This document shows positions 1 through 10,727 of a stretch of DNA of 64,000 nt, in pieces. This DNA comes from Candidatus Bathyarchaeum tardum (lineage in GTDB: Archaea > Thermoproteota > Bathyarchaeia > Bathyarchaeales > Bathyarchaeaceae), in NCBI GenBank assembly GCA_024650005.2, contig CP122380.1, positions 1,248,001 to 1,312,000 of the forward strand. The letters are read 5' to 3'. Made by a program: the position numbers and the translations under genes. How positions within the stretch are numbered: position 1 is the stretch's first letter; the number at the start of each line of letters is the position of its first letter. The notes under the pieces were generated by a model. That model worked only from the letters and a program-made list of their open reading frames with translations, was not told where the DNA came from and made no database searches.

Positions 1-369
1 GGGTTGAAACAGATAAGCCAAAAGGACTAAACTGATGACAATTTCTCCTAAGGCAGCGCTTTTGGGTAATCCATGTATGATTTGTATATCAAGAATTGTG
101 CAAACATCAATTATAATAACGAAAACCGACACGATTATGGTTCCTATCCACCCAGATTTTTTTCCAGTCCAAAGACCGTACAGAAAAATTAAGTTAAAAA
201 CTCCGTAAAAAAAAGTGTAAATATTGTAAGCCATTGCGCCTATTCCGAAGATTGCAAAACCTGCCCCTATTGTCGCGTGTATTGTTCCATTCAAAAATTG
301 TGCAATAGTTAAAACGAGAACGCCTACATATTTTCCTTTGAAGGATTCAGGATAGTTGACTTTGCTCAA
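1..369 (-). CDS. Small multi-pass membrane protein, runs off the left window edge
   Basis: Manual translation from TTG at 369 is open to base 1 (SKVNYPESFKGKYVGVLVLTIAQFLNG...LYGLWTGKKSGWIGTIIVSVFVII...) with about 4 hydrophobic segments. Absent from the ORF track because the stop lies outside the window. Confidence 0.7.
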   Translation of the reverse strand, partial: MSKVNYPESFKGKYVGVLVLTIAQFLNGTIHATIGAGFAIFGIGAMAYNIYTFFYGVFNLIFLYGLWTGKKSGWIGTIIVSVFVIIIDVCTILDIQIIHGLPKSAALGEIVISLVLLAYLFQP

Positions 370-487
370 AGTCTGCACGTCAGGGTCAATGTGTAAACTT
401 AATATTGTTTCATCAAGATATAATCTTTGTAGATATCCTGTTCAGGTTACCGATTCAATTTTTGAATAAGGATAAGCATCAAGGGAG

Positions 488-895
488 ATGCAACAAATTT
501 CAAAAGTAACAAAATCAGAAGAAGATTGGCGAAAAGTTTTGTCACCTGCAGAGTACCATATTCTTCGGGAAAAAGGAACTGAACCAGCATTTACTGGAAA
601 ATATGTAAAAAATAACAAAAAGGGTAAGTATGTTTGTGCAGCGTGTGGCAATGAACTTTTTAGTTCAGAAACAAAATTTGATTCAGGTACAGGTTGGCCT
701 AGTTTTTGGAAATCATTATCTAAAGACAGCATAGAACTAAAATCAGATATCAGTCATGGAATGCAAAGAACCGAAGTAACATGTAAAAAATGTGGAGGGC
801 ACCTCGGACACGTGTTCAATGATGGTCCTCAACCTACGGGTCAAAGATATTGCATGAATTCGATATCGCTCAAGTTCAAAGAAAACAAAAAATGA
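488..895 (+). CDS. msrB: Peptide-methionine (R)-S-oxide reductase
   Basis: [31 protein letters not shown] and RYCMNS motifs; two CxxC zinc pairs. Confidence 0.97.
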   Translation: MQQISKVTKSEEDWRKVLSPAEYHILREKGTEPAFTGKYVKNNKKGKYVCAACGNELFSSETKFDSGTGWPSFWKSLSKDSIELKSDISHGMQRTEVTCKKCGGHLGHVFNDGPQPTGQRYCMNSISLKFKENKK

Positions 896-1084
896 ACACA
901 AAAATCAAAAGAACAAATGTTGTTACCAACTAGTTTTTTCATAAAAAGGTCGTTTCAACATTGAAATAATAATATATAAAATATCTCAGAATATGGAAAA
1001 TAACAAATTATTTTACTGTGAACAGGGTAATGGTATCCTCTATTCAAAGTTAACATCTAAAAGATTCAGTAAGGCGCAACTGAC

Positions 1085-2104
1085 ATGATAACATCAATAA
1101 AAAAAGAAGCAAAAAATCTAATTTACAAAATACAGCAGCCCTTTGTCTTACAGAACATTCTGGTATTTGCAGCATTCATTATTCCCTTGTTAATTATTTA
1201 CTTCTTTGATGCAGGATCTTTTGATTACTTATGGAAAGGCAGGGCACCATATCTGTTGTTTTTATGGTTAATTATTTTAGAAGCCGCCTTAGGATGGAAA
1301 AAACTCAAAGAGAACCCACCAACATTTTGGAATAAAAAAACAGTTTTTGCAACAATAACCTTGTTGTTGCCAACAGTATATGCTGTTGGATTACATCTAG
1401 GATTACAATCTGCAATACAAGAACTAGGACAAATTATTGGAGTACCAACTGAACAATTTGGAGAATGGTACTTAACTCATTCGTGGCCATTTTCGTTTGA
1501 ATATGTTCTATTTGCAGGGTTGTTTATTGCTTCAATTTGGCTATTATACGAAAAGAAAGGACTGAAAATCTTCTCTGTTTCTTCCTTCTTTATCGCAGGT
1601 GTTGGCATATTTTACATGATTGACACATTCTTTCCTTACGGCACATTTACTCTTTTGCAATCGTTTGTTCCAGTTACGGTGTCTGTTGTTATTTTCATTC
1701 TGAACATCTTAGGCTATGGAACGAGAACATTTCTAGGAGGAGAAGACGGTCTAGGTCTCACCGTTACTGGAGCAAACGGTAGTTACTCAGCGATTGTTTC
1801 TTGGTCATGCGCCGGAAGTCACAGCCTATTTCTGTATTCTTTTATGATTATGCTGTTTCTACGAGGCACCAGCATCACCCGAACCAGAAAAATAATTTAC
1901 GTTGTTGCAGGGGCACTTGGAACATTTTTTGTTAACATTCTAAGAATACTGGCGATTCTCCTAGCAGGAGTAAACAGCGGAGCTTCACTGGCTACAACAT
2001 TTCACGAATTTTATGGAGAATTCTTCTTTATCATATGGATGTTCATTTACTTAACAATAATATACTTACTTGAAACACGGTTCTTCAAAAAATACAAACC
2101 ATAA
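1085..2104 (+). CDS. Archaeosortase/exosortase family protein (thaumarchaeosortase-like)
   Basis: Polytopic membrane protein with catalytic Cys (SCAGSHS), Arg (NILRI) and His (FHE); N-terminal WKGR motif. Confidence 0.85.
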   Translation: MITSIKKEAKNLIYKIQQPFVLQNILVFAAFIIPLLIIYFFDAGSFDYLWKGRAPYLLFLWLIILEAALGWKKLKENPPTFWNKKTVFATITLLLPTVYAVGLHLGLQSAIQELGQIIGVPTEQFGEWYLTHSWPFSFEYVLFAGLFIASIWLLYEKKGLKIFSVSSFFIAGVGIFYMIDTFFPYGTFTLLQSFVPVTVSVVIFILNILGYGTRTFLGGEDGLGLTVTGANGSYSAIVSWSCAGSHSLFLYSFMIMLFLRGTSITRTRKIIYVVAGALGTFFVNILRILAILLAGVNSGASLATTFHEFYGEFFFIIWMFIYLTIIYLLETRFFKKYKP

Positions 2105-2346
2105 CCAAAATCAGTTTATCCGTCAGACAAAAAATTTAACGCTAATATACTGTCGCCAACAATTTAATCTTGATTCTTAACCACTAAGTAATATTATCAA
2201 AAATGGAAACAATCAATAATACCATCATATTGAGAAACGGTAATATCCCAATAACTAAAAGTATAAATAAAGTTAGGGACTTCTCAAATCATGCTCTTAG
2301 GTTTCCTTTGAGCTAAACTATAAAATTAATATTGGAGCGAAAGATA

Positions 2347-3303
2347 ATGGCTACTCTTGAAGTCGTAAAAAAAGATGGAAACGATTTTGTTGTAAAGGTC
2401 CCTGGAAATCCAGAAACCGTAAAAATTGAAGATACATTCGCTGAAATGTTCCCAATGTGGGTAGGCAGAATGCTGATAACAGCAGCCACCGAAAAATGGG
2501 CACTAATCGCAGCAAAAACCGCAACAGGTTTTGCATCATCCATTATCATGTCACCAGCAGAAGCAGCAGTTGAAGGAATTGTACCAGCAAGCGAAACTCC
2601 AGACGGACGCCCTGGAGCAATAATTCAAATTTACCACAGCTCACGCGGTGCTCTGAAAGGTCAAATTGCTGCCAGAATTGGACAATGTATCATGACTTGC
2701 CCCACGACAGCAGTTTTTGATGCGCTACCCCATGCAAAACGCAGAGTAAAAATCGGAAGAAGCCTACGCGTTTTTGGTGACGGATTCCAAAAAAGTGATG
2801 AAATTGCAGGACGAAAAGTTTGGCGAATTCCAGTAATGGAAGGAGAATTCATTATTGAAAACGATTTCGGAGTCATGAAAGCCATCGCTGGCGGAGCCTT
2901 GCTCATTTTGGCTAAAGATCAGGCAACTGGTCTTAAAGCAACTGAAGACGCTGTAGAAGCAATCGACAAAAATGTTCCAGGTGCAGTAATGACCTTTCCA
3001 GGGGGAATTTGTCGGTCTGGCTCTAAAGTTGGTTCCATGAACTACAAGCTTCCTGCTTCAACTAACCATTTGTTCTGTCCGACACTTAAAGATCAAATTC
3101 CAGATTCTAAACTTTCAGCTGAAGTCAACAGTGTTTATGAAATTGTCATAAACACTTTGAATCTTACAGTCATGAAGAAAGCCTTGGCTGAAGGAATTAA
3201 TGCAGCTGCAAAAGTTCAAGGTGTTGTTCAAATTACTGCACCTAACTATGGCGGCAAGCTTGGTCCATACAAGGCTGAACTCAAAGAAGCAATTGGTCAA
3301 TAG
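2347..3303 (+). CDS. ftr: Formylmethanofuran:tetrahydromethanopterin formyltransferase
   Basis: IEDTFAE, TPDGRPG, RIGQCIMTCPTTA, FGDG, PGGICRSGSKVG, ASTN and NYGGKLG motifs. ATG 2347 follows GGAG; the ORF is open from TTG 2332. Confidence 0.95.
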   Translation: MATLEVVKKDGNDFVVKVPGNPETVKIEDTFAEMFPMWVGRMLITAATEKWALIAAKTATGFASSIIMSPAEAAVEGIVPASETPDGRPGAIIQIYHSSRGALKGQIAARIGQCIMTCPTTAVFDALPHAKRRVKIGRSLRVFGDGFQKSDEIAGRKVWRIPVMEGEFIIENDFGVMKAIAGGALLILAKDQATGLKATEDAVEAIDKNVPGAVMTFPGGICRSGSKVGSMNYKLPASTNHLFCPTLKDQIPDSKLSAEVNSVYEIVINTLNLTVMKKALAEGINAAAKVQGVVQITAPNYGGKLGPYKAELKEAIGQ

Positions 3304-3322
3304 AATAACCCGTTTTTTGGGT

Positions 3323-4369
3323 TTATTCCATTTTTTTTATAAACTCAGTTCCTTTGCCCTCGGGAGATCCAACCACAACTCGATAATATTGGTGGTTGGT
3401 TTGTTTTTCTGTTACTTTTTCCAATTTTCCTTTCGCCTGAATTTTTTCACCATTTTCAGCTAAACTGGCATACAATCCTTCGTATGAAACAATTTCAGAA
3501 ATATTCGCTGAAAGGACATTTTCTAAATAAGTTACATCTTTCACTTTATATGTTGCTGGAAGAAACAAAGAATCGGCACTATCCCTCACAACGGCTTCAA
3601 TGATTACTTGACAAATAGTTCGATATGTTTTGGATCCATATTTTTCCGTTACTTCTTTTTCGGTTTTGACTGGATGTATAGAAACATATCGGTCTTCAAA
3701 AAATCCCAAATTCCATTTTCGGTTGTAAATATTGAGGGCATCTCCTTTGCTAATGGGATATTGTTGAGATTTTTTTAGGCACCACTTTTCAAGTTCCTTG
3801 CCTCGTATATGTTTAATTACCGATTCAGTGCCTTGATTTTCAATTAATGCTTTTTTTAGGTTCCAACTGTTTTCTACTCCGTAAACAATTACATCAAGGT
3901 CTGAAAACGTTGGCTGATGAATATCCAAAAGAAGGGATCCAGTTATCCCAAAGGCGTTTTCTTTGATTCCACTAATTTGTTGCAGATAATTTGTGAAACG
4001 TATCAATTTTTCTTGTAAAGAGTCGAGGTCAACTCCTTGTCGTAGTTGTGCCAACTTTTTTTCAGGCATGAAGTGCTGTTTTATACATTCAATAGGAACA
4101 GCAGTAACGGTGAGGTTGTCAACAGGAGATTTATACAGGTAATAAGGATTGTTTTTTTCTAGGTAATGAAAGGTTTCCAATAGGTTGGAAATGGTGTAGT
4201 TCTTCAATATTCTGTCGAATTGTTGTTTTCCGTTGCCCCAAACTCCTGAATCAGATGGAAGATATTTTAGGTAAGAAATTGCCCTGCCCTGTGGATGTAC
4301 AGCACCAACTACACAAAAAAAGAAGTCTTCTTGTGTTTGAATAAAATCGCGGTCTAGAAATCCTCGCAT
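3323..4369 (-). CDS. Predicted nucleotidyltransferase (Pol-beta superfamily, COG1665-like), paralog 1
   Basis: GITGS...SDLDV NTase motif; N-terminal DRDFIQT..FFFCVVG..HP; C-terminal KG.LEKV segment shared with the other two paralogs. Confidence 0.8.
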   Translation of the reverse strand: MRGFLDRDFIQTQEDFFFCVVGAVHPQGRAISYLKYLPSDSGVWGNGKQQFDRILKNYTISNLLETFHYLEKNNPYYLYKSPVDNLTVTAVPIECIKQHFMPEKKLAQLRQGVDLDSLQEKLIRFTNYLQQISGIKENAFGITGSLLLDIHQPTFSDLDVIVYGVENSWNLKKALIENQGTESVIKHIRGKELEKWCLKKSQQYPISKGDALNIYNRKWNLGFFEDRYVSIHPVKTEKEVTEKYGSKTYRTICQVIIEAVVRDSADSLFLPATYKVKDVTYLENVLSANISEIVSYEGLYASLAENGEKIQAKGKLEKVTEKQTNHQYYRVVVGSPEGKGTEFIKKME

Positions 4370-4586
4370 AAATCCAACAAACTTTAAACGGAGTTATTAT
4401 AGTTAACGTGACATCAAACTTTAGATTGAACAGGTTGGAAGCACACTAGAACATCAAAAGTGTTAGTGGATTTCTGAATAAACTTTCATTTATAAGTGTT
4501 TTAAGAAGATATTTCTTCAAATATGGTAAAATATTTATAGGTAAAAATGTAATATTTTCAGATTCTATTGAATGTAGGTGTATTGT

Positions 4587-5633
4587 ATGGCAGCTTCAGA
4601 AAATAATGAACTTTTGGCTAATCTTGATGAAGTAATCGCCGAACTCCGGGAATTACTTCAAAAAGCCGTAGACAAAAATCGAACAGAAGATATGCTCTTT
4701 TCAGGAGGCATAGACACAAGCATCCTAGCAGAAATATTAGCAAAGGACACAAAAATTCGAGGTTTCACCTGCGCATTTGAAGAAGGCAATCCCTTGGATA
4801 TTAAATACTCCAAACTCATGGCTAAAAAACTAAACATTGAACATCACATGAACCCCTTTGGGGCAGACCAAGTTTTTGAAGCAATTCCAGCTGTAGTTAA
4901 AGTGTTGGATTCTTTTGACCCAATGGAAGTTCGAAACAGCATAACAATTAATATCGGATTAAGGTTTGCAAAATCCTTTGGTTCAACCAAACTCATAACA
5001 GGAGACGGCGCTGACGAACTCTTTGCAGGCTATCATATGTTCTATAAACACGTTGGAAACAAAGAAAAATTAACTGAGATGCTCAAAAAAATGTGGGGCA
5101 TAATGGCATTTTCTACAACCACCTTAGGAAAGAATTTGGGCATTGACGTGCGGCAACCCTTCTTGGATCCAGAAGTTCAAAAATTTGCCATGAATTTGGA
5201 CCCCAGATATAATGTTCAAGAAGAACGAGGAGAAGTCTGGGGCAAATGGATACTTCGTAAAGCCTACGAAGGTGAACTTCCACCCGAAGTCCGATGGAGG
5301 GACAAAAACCCAATTGAAGTCGGTTCGGGCACTACAGTTTTACCCAGATACATGGCAAAGAAGATACCTGATTCAGAATTTAATGCAAAAAAGAAGAAGA
5401 TTCTTGAAACTGATGGGGTTACTATTCGCGACAAAGAACAACTAATTTACTACGAAGCCTACCGCGAAGTAGTAGGGGCACCACACGCAGAAGACCCAGA
5501 TGCCCGAACTTGTCCACAATGCAACAGTAACGTTGCAGACAACGCAGTTGTTTGTAGACGATGTGGAGCATACCCAATCGCCAAGAACGCTAGGTCGATA
5601 ACTAACGAAAACGCGTACCAAGACGACAAATAA
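4587..5633 (+). CDS. Asparagine synthetase-like ATP pyrophosphatase lacking the glutaminase domain, with C-terminal zinc ribbon
   Basis: PP-loop FSGGIDTS, TGDGADELFAGY, PFLD, KWILR; C-terminal CPQC..CRRC. ATG follows AGGTG. Confidence 0.85.
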   Translation: MAASENNELLANLDEVIAELRELLQKAVDKNRTEDMLFSGGIDTSILAEILAKDTKIRGFTCAFEEGNPLDIKYSKLMAKKLNIEHHMNPFGADQVFEAIPAVVKVLDSFDPMEVRNSITINIGLRFAKSFGSTKLITGDGADELFAGYHMFYKHVGNKEKLTEMLKKMWGIMAFSTTTLGKNLGIDVRQPFLDPEVQKFAMNLDPRYNVQEERGEVWGKWILRKAYEGELPPEVRWRDKNPIEVGSGTTVLPRYMAKKIPDSEFNAKKKKILETDGVTIRDKEQLIYYEAYREVVGAPHAEDPDARTCPQCNSNVADNAVVCRRCGAYPIAKNARSITNENAYQDDK

Positions 5634-5749
5634 TTTTTGGCTTTTTTAAAGCCAGTTTTAGTGGATTTGTTCCACATTTCTTTTTTTGTTTTTTATTGTT
5701 TTAGGAATGTTTAAAGGTTATAATTGTCTGCAAACTTTCCTATCTTACC

Positions 5750-6799
5750 TTGAGGATGACTATTGTGGCAACAAAAGATTGGATTCCCCGAGATGGCGAG
5801 ACCCTTCTAACCAAAGAAGGATTCATATTCTACGTTTTTGGTTACGAACACCCCGATAACAGAGTTTTCTCGTTTTTAAAATATATTCCATCTATTCATG
5901 CCCATCATTTTCCAATACGTTTTCTTAAACAAAAATGGAACTTAGATGGCACTGAACTTTCTCGACCAGAAAAACTTTATACTCCAGAAAATTACCAAAA
6001 ATTTGTTAATACCCTCAAGAAACATTTTCCTCATTATTTGTATTGTTGTCCCTTCCGAGGAAAAGAAGTTCTAAGTGTCCCCTTAGACAAAATAAAACAA
6101 GTTTACCTTCCAGAAGATTGTTTGGAACGAATATTCAAAGCAGAAAAAAAAGACCCGATACAACAAGAAACAGTTGATTTGGTTTCTCTTCTTTCCGAAT
6201 CTTCAGGTGTCAGCATCCAAGACTTTGGTATTCATGGTTCTGTCGGGTTAAACATGCATTCTCAGTATTCTGACATAGATTTGGTTGTTTACGGTTCAGG
6301 AAACTTCAAAAAACTAGAAAGCGCAGTTAACAAACTTGCCGATGAAGGGGTGTTTACTCACGTTTGCTCCAAAAAAATTGATTTTGCCCGAAAACACCGT
6401 GGACGGTATAACAACCGACGTTTTGTTTACAACGCAGTAAAAAAGTTTGAAGAAATCAATGCTCCTCATGGAAAGTTGAAATATACACCTATAAAAAACG
6501 TCAAATTCACTAGCATGGTTGCAGACGACAACGAAAACATGTTCCGTCCAGCAATTTATCCCGTTAGCAATTACTGTCCTGAAAATTCTGAGTCAGAGTT
6601 GTCCAAAGAGCAGATTCCCTTACGAGTTTCATCAATGATAGGTTATTACAGGAACGTTGCCCGGAAAGGTGACAACGTGAAAGTTTCTGGAACCCTAGAG
6701 AAAGTAGAGAACCTAGATTCCGGTGAAGTCTGTTATCAGGTTGTTGTAGGCACTGCAACACAGGAAAAAGAATACATTGAACCCACTGAATTTCGTTAG
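5750..6799 (+). CDS. Predicted nucleotidyltransferase (COG1665-like), paralog 2
   Basis: [22 protein letters not shown]; GIHGS...SDIDL. Confidence 0.8.
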   Translation: MRMTIVATKDWIPRDGETLLTKEGFIFYVFGYEHPDNRVFSFLKYIPSIHAHHFPIRFLKQKWNLDGTELSRPEKLYTPENYQKFVNTLKKHFPHYLYCCPFRGKEVLSVPLDKIKQVYLPEDCLERIFKAEKKDPIQQETVDLVSLLSESSGVSIQDFGIHGSVGLNMHSQYSDIDLVVYGSGNFKKLESAVNKLADEGVFTHVCSKKIDFARKHRGRYNNRRFVYNAVKKFEEINAPHGKLKYTPIKNVKFTSMVADDNENMFRPAIYPVSNYCPENSESELSKEQIPLRVSSMIGYYRNVARKGDNVKVSGTLEKVENLDSGEVCYQVVVGTATQEKEYIEPTEFR

Positions 6800-6889
6800 C
6801 TAGCAAGGTTAAAGCAAAACAGAAGAGAGGGCGGTTTTCAACTTTTTACTTCAATAAGAGTAATAATATGGTAATGGTGGTAGAATCTG

Positions 6890-7951
6890 ATGAAACTTCG
6901 CGACCGGGATACAATATACACCAAAGATGGCTTTTTGTTTCGAGTTTACGGTTACTTGCATCCTTCCGAAGGCTATGTTTGTGACCCTGAATATGCAGTA
7001 CCTCAAGTGTTTGTTTCAGATAACCCCCGTGCTAAACGGGGAATGAACAAGGCTAATTATTACAAGTTTTTTGCTGACGAGGGCATGAAACTCATTTATA
7101 ACAAGTATCCAAAATACCAAGTTTTTCATGAACCCCTGCAAAAGTGTGTACCAGGAGTTTACGAAGCAGACATCTCTGTAGTTAAAAAACCTGAATTGGG
7201 ATTGCAAATTGTTTTAAACAAAGAACCAAATGACCCTTTGTTGACGGCATTGCACGATTTGTTTGATCGGGTATTGGATGCTTCAGGTTTAAGAGATTCT
7301 GATTTTGGGGTTTTTGGTTCTTTGTTGCATGATTTTTATCATCCAGTTTTTTCGGATTTGGATTTTATCGTTTATGGAAAACAGAACTTGGACCGGCTTT
7401 GTGATGGGTTAGATAAACTCTACAAAGATGACCCATCGTTATGTAATGAGTTTGATTTTATGTCTGCTGTAGAATCTAAGGATTGGAAGTTTATCAACTA
7501 CAGTTTAGAGGATTATCTTTGGCATCAACGCCGAAAAATGATTTATGCATATTTTGAGTCCAAGGACGCGGGTCGAATAATTAAAGCAGAGTTTGAGCCT
7601 GTCAAAGATTGGGGTGAAATCGTTAATGGGTTTAACAATTTTGCTCGGATTTATCATGTTGGCTGGATTAAAGCAATCGTTGAAATTACAGATGATAAAG
7701 AAGGTCCCTTTATTCCATCAGTTTACCAAATTAAAATCAAAGAAATTCTAGAAGGACCAAAAATTGAAAACATCACTCAAATTTTCTCGTATATGGAAGA
7801 ATTTAGGTTCCAAGCCAAAAAAGGTGAACAAGCCCTAGTTGAAGGTAATCTCGAAAAAGTCATCGACGGAACTAACACATTTTACCAAATCACGTTAAGT
7901 TATGGTCACAGATATTACGAACAAACCTTCAAAGTAATACCAGAAAACTGA
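6890..7951 (+). CDS. Predicted nucleotidyltransferase (COG1665-like), paralog 3
   Basis: RDRDTIYTKDGFLFRVYGYLHP; GVFGS...SDLDF. Confidence 0.8.
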   Translation: MKLRDRDTIYTKDGFLFRVYGYLHPSEGYVCDPEYAVPQVFVSDNPRAKRGMNKANYYKFFADEGMKLIYNKYPKYQVFHEPLQKCVPGVYEADISVVKKPELGLQIVLNKEPNDPLLTALHDLFDRVLDASGLRDSDFGVFGSLLHDFYHPVFSDLDFIVYGKQNLDRLCDGLDKLYKDDPSLCNEFDFMSAVESKDWKFINYSLEDYLWHQRRKMIYAYFESKDAGRIIKAEFEPVKDWGEIVNGFNNFARIYHVGWIKAIVEITDDKEGPFIPSVYQIKIKEILEGPKIENITQIFSYMEEFRFQAKKGEQALVEGNLEKVIDGTNTFYQITLSYGHRYYEQTFKVIPEN

Positions 7952-7985
7952 AATTAAATTGAGTAAACTGTGGTTTTGATGACCA

Positions 7986-8429
7986 ATGGAATATTATTTT
8001 CCTGAAAGCGCCCGTTTTGTTTGTGAAAAATGTGGTCGTTGTTGTGGGGATACAGAGGACACAATTAGGCATGTTCTTTTATTGAAAAGTGAAGCTGAAA
8101 AAATATCAAAAGAAACATCACAAGAAATTCGGGAATTTGCTCACGAAGTTAATGGGTTTGAACCCTATATTTATGAGATAAAAAAAACTGAAACAGAAGG
8201 GAAATGTCTTTTTTTAGAATACAACAGATGTACAATATATGAGATTAGGCCAATAATTTGCAGGTTTTATCCCTTTGAATTAAAGAACCTTGGAAAAGAC
8301 AAATACTCGTTTTTGTTCACAACAAAATGTAAAGGCATTGGACAAGGTCCTAATTTGAAAAAAGACTTTTTTGAAGGTCTCTTCATGCTAGTCACCAAAG
8401 TAATGGATGAAGACGCAAAAATAGCTTAA
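7986..8429 (+). CDS. YkgJ/CxxCxxCC family cysteine-cluster protein
   Basis: CEKCGRCC, CLFL, CTIYEIRPIICRFYPF, CKG. Confidence 0.9.
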   Translation: MEYYFPESARFVCEKCGRCCGDTEDTIRHVLLLKSEAEKISKETSQEIREFAHEVNGFEPYIYEIKKTETEGKCLFLEYNRCTIYEIRPIICRFYPFELKNLGKDKYSFLFTTKCKGIGQGPNLKKDFFEGLFMLVTKVMDEDAKIA

Positions 8430-8504
8430 TTTTTTTGGGGGTAGGGTTCAAATAAATGAGCAGTGTTAGATTGTTTTGCTAAAGGATGGAACGGGAAACA
8501 GAAC

Positions 8505-9248
8505 ATGTGTGCTGATTCAAGGGATAAGATTTGGTTTGACGAGTTAAATATGCCTCAAGCTGAAAAGGCAGCTAAAGACGGGAAGGTTGTCATTATTCCA
8601 TGTGGAAGCATAGAAGAGCATGGTAATCATTTGCCTTTGAATACAGACAGTCTTCAAGCAGAATATATAGCAGTAGAGGTTGCCAAAAAAACTGGAAGTT
8701 TGCTTGCGCCGCCTTTGAGGTATGGTTTGTGTAATTCTACTCGCAATTTTCCGGGTACAGTAACAATTAGTTTTGATTCTTTAAGAAGTATAATGACAGA
8801 TATTTTGGATGATTTTGTTCGAAATGGCTTCAAACGGTTGTTGGTTCTCACCGGTCATGCAGGCAGTTCTCACATGACTGCTATTAAGCTAGCAGCAAAA
8901 GTAGTGGTAAACAAGCATATGACAGGAAAAAACCGTCCCCGAATCATGGTTTGTTCAGATTACGATTTTGCGTTTGACCTAAAAGATAAAAGCATAGATG
9001 ACCGTGACTCCCATGCTGGAACAATAGAAACCTCACGAGTTATGGCTATACGGCCAGATTTGGTTACTGGAAAAGGAATAAAAAACTTTCCAGAACTGCC
9101 CCGGTTTGAGATTACTTCAAATCCACAAAAGTACTTCCCTAGCGGAGTAATGGGTGACCCAACCATAGCAACAACTGAGATAGGGCAAAAAATTAACGAT
9201 TACGTGATAGAGCAAATCTCAGAGTTAGTAGAAAAACTGAAAAGATGA
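8505..9248 (+). CDS. Creatininase/creatinine amidohydrolase family protein
   Basis: GSIEEHGNHLPLNTD, FPGT, GHAG, HAGTIETS, SGVMGDP. Confidence 0.9.
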   Translation: MCADSRDKIWFDELNMPQAEKAAKDGKVVIIPCGSIEEHGNHLPLNTDSLQAEYIAVEVAKKTGSLLAPPLRYGLCNSTRNFPGTVTISFDSLRSIMTDILDDFVRNGFKRLLVLTGHAGSSHMTAIKLAAKVVVNKHMTGKNRPRIMVCSDYDFAFDLKDKSIDDRDSHAGTIETSRVMAIRPDLVTGKGIKNFPELPRFEITSNPQKYFPSGVMGDPTIATTEIGQKINDYVIEQISELVEKLKR

Positions 9249-9277
9249 AAAACAAAAGAGTTAACGGGGAAGCTTAA

Positions 9278-9835
9278 TTGATCAAAGCATTAGTTTTTTT
9301 AGCAACTGGATTTGAAGAAATCGAAGCAGTTACAATCGTTGACATTTTAAGAAGAGGCAACATAGCAGTAACTACAGCGGGAATAACACCTAACCCCATA
9401 GAGGGAGCGCACAAATTGAAAATCATTCCCGACAAATATGTCGAGGAAATCTTTGCCCAAGAATTTGATGCAATAATATGTCCGGGTGGCGCTCCAGGAT
9501 ACAAAAACCTTAGAATAGACTCTCGAGTAATCCAAATAATCAAAAACGCATACAACCAAAACAAGTTAGTTGCTGCGATTTGTGCTGCACCCGCGGTTCT
9601 TTCTGATGCAGGAATCTTAGAAAATAAAAACTGCACAATATATCCAGGAATGGAAAATGAACTCATCAAAGGTAAAGGTAAGCCAAAACCAGACAATGTA
9701 GTGGTTGATGGCAGAATAGTAACAAGCAAAGGACCCGCAACAGCTCTTGAGTTTGCTCTTAAACTGGTAGAAATGTTGTCTGGAAAACATGTTGCTGATT
9801 CTGTTGCTAAACAAGTTCTAGCAAACTATAAATAA
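9278..9835 (+). CDS. DJ-1/ThiJ/PfpI (YajL-like) protein
   Basis: GFEEIEA, PGG..G, AAICAAP nucleophile Cys, TSKGPATA. Confidence 0.92.
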   Translation: MIKALVFLATGFEEIEAVTIVDILRRGNIAVTTAGITPNPIEGAHKLKIIPDKYVEEIFAQEFDAIICPGGAPGYKNLRIDSRVIQIIKNAYNQNKLVAAICAAPAVLSDAGILENKNCTIYPGMENELIKGKGKPKPDNVVVDGRIVTSKGPATALEFALKLVEMLSGKHVADSVAKQVLANYK

Positions 9836-9864
9836 AAAAAGAATGGGAAAGGTTTCGAACCTGT

Positions 9865-10620
9865 TTATTGTTTAAGGTTAACAGGTTTTTTGTGCTTCCA
9901 AAGGGTCGTCGCTATGGTAACAGCTATTACTAAACCAACCACTGTGATTACATGGATTCCTTCAGGGATGTCTTCTGTGGATTCGACTTCTGCGACAGTC
10001 CATTTGGAGAAGTGATCAGTGTTACAGACTAAGTATCCGTTTTCGTCTATGTAGCTTTCAACAGGTTCCCATTGTTCTTTCGTTTGGTTCCAGTACATCC
10101 ACGTTAGGCGCGAAACATTGACTTCTCTGTTTAATTCTTCGTTTAGTTCGGTTTGGTTGATGAATAACCGAAGTTGAGCTTGAAGTTGAATGCTACTGTT
10201 AGGTTCTAATCCCATGTAGAAGTTTAATGTTCGGTCCATAACAGCTTCGCCATTTGGTGGGGATGCAGTACAGTTCATTGCTAAGGTCATTGTTTGGTTA
10301 GGGTTAACATTAACTGAAACAATCCTGTTTGAAACTTGTGAATCTACAGTTATGTTCATCTCACAGTTCTGGGTGGAGTTCACCATTATGGTAACATTTC
10401 GGTAAAAGAACACGTTCATTTTCATTGCTTCTACGTTTTCAATTTGACCGTTTGGAGTCATATCGGTTCTGTTGTGTTGCATTGCATCATTGGGCATATC
10501 AGGAGGCATATTATGAGCTGGAGTTTCAGTTGCTTGGACAGAAACGAAAACTGAAAAAGTCAACATTAGAACAAGAGTTAACGCCGTGAAGCTTCCTATA
10601 CACTTTTTTTTGATCATCAT
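9865..10620 (-). CDS. Secreted cell-surface protein with a PEF-CTERM-like sorting signal (IPEG + TM + basic tail)
   Basis: N-terminal signal peptide; YWN...WEPVES..D...TDHFSKW domain; ends DIPEG-hydrophobic helix-KHKK. Confidence 0.75.
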   Translation of the reverse strand: MMIKKKCIGSFTALTLVLMLTFSVFVSVQATETPAHNMPPDMPNDAMQHNRTDMTPNGQIENVEAMKMNVFFYRNVTIMVNSTQNCEMNITVDSQVSNRIVSVNVNPNQTMTLAMNCTASPPNGEAVMDRTLNFYMGLEPNSSIQLQAQLRLFINQTELNEELNREVNVSRLTWMYWNQTKEQWEPVESYIDENGYLVCNTDHFSKWTVAEVESTEDIPEGIHVITVVGLVIAVTIATTLWKHKKPVNLKQ

Positions 10621-10727
10621 TTTTTGGTCACCTATATCGTTTATGTTAATATACACTACTATTGTGTAAGATAAGGGACATTATGGAAAAACCATTCCAA
10701 AAAATGAAACGGTATTTTAACACAAGT

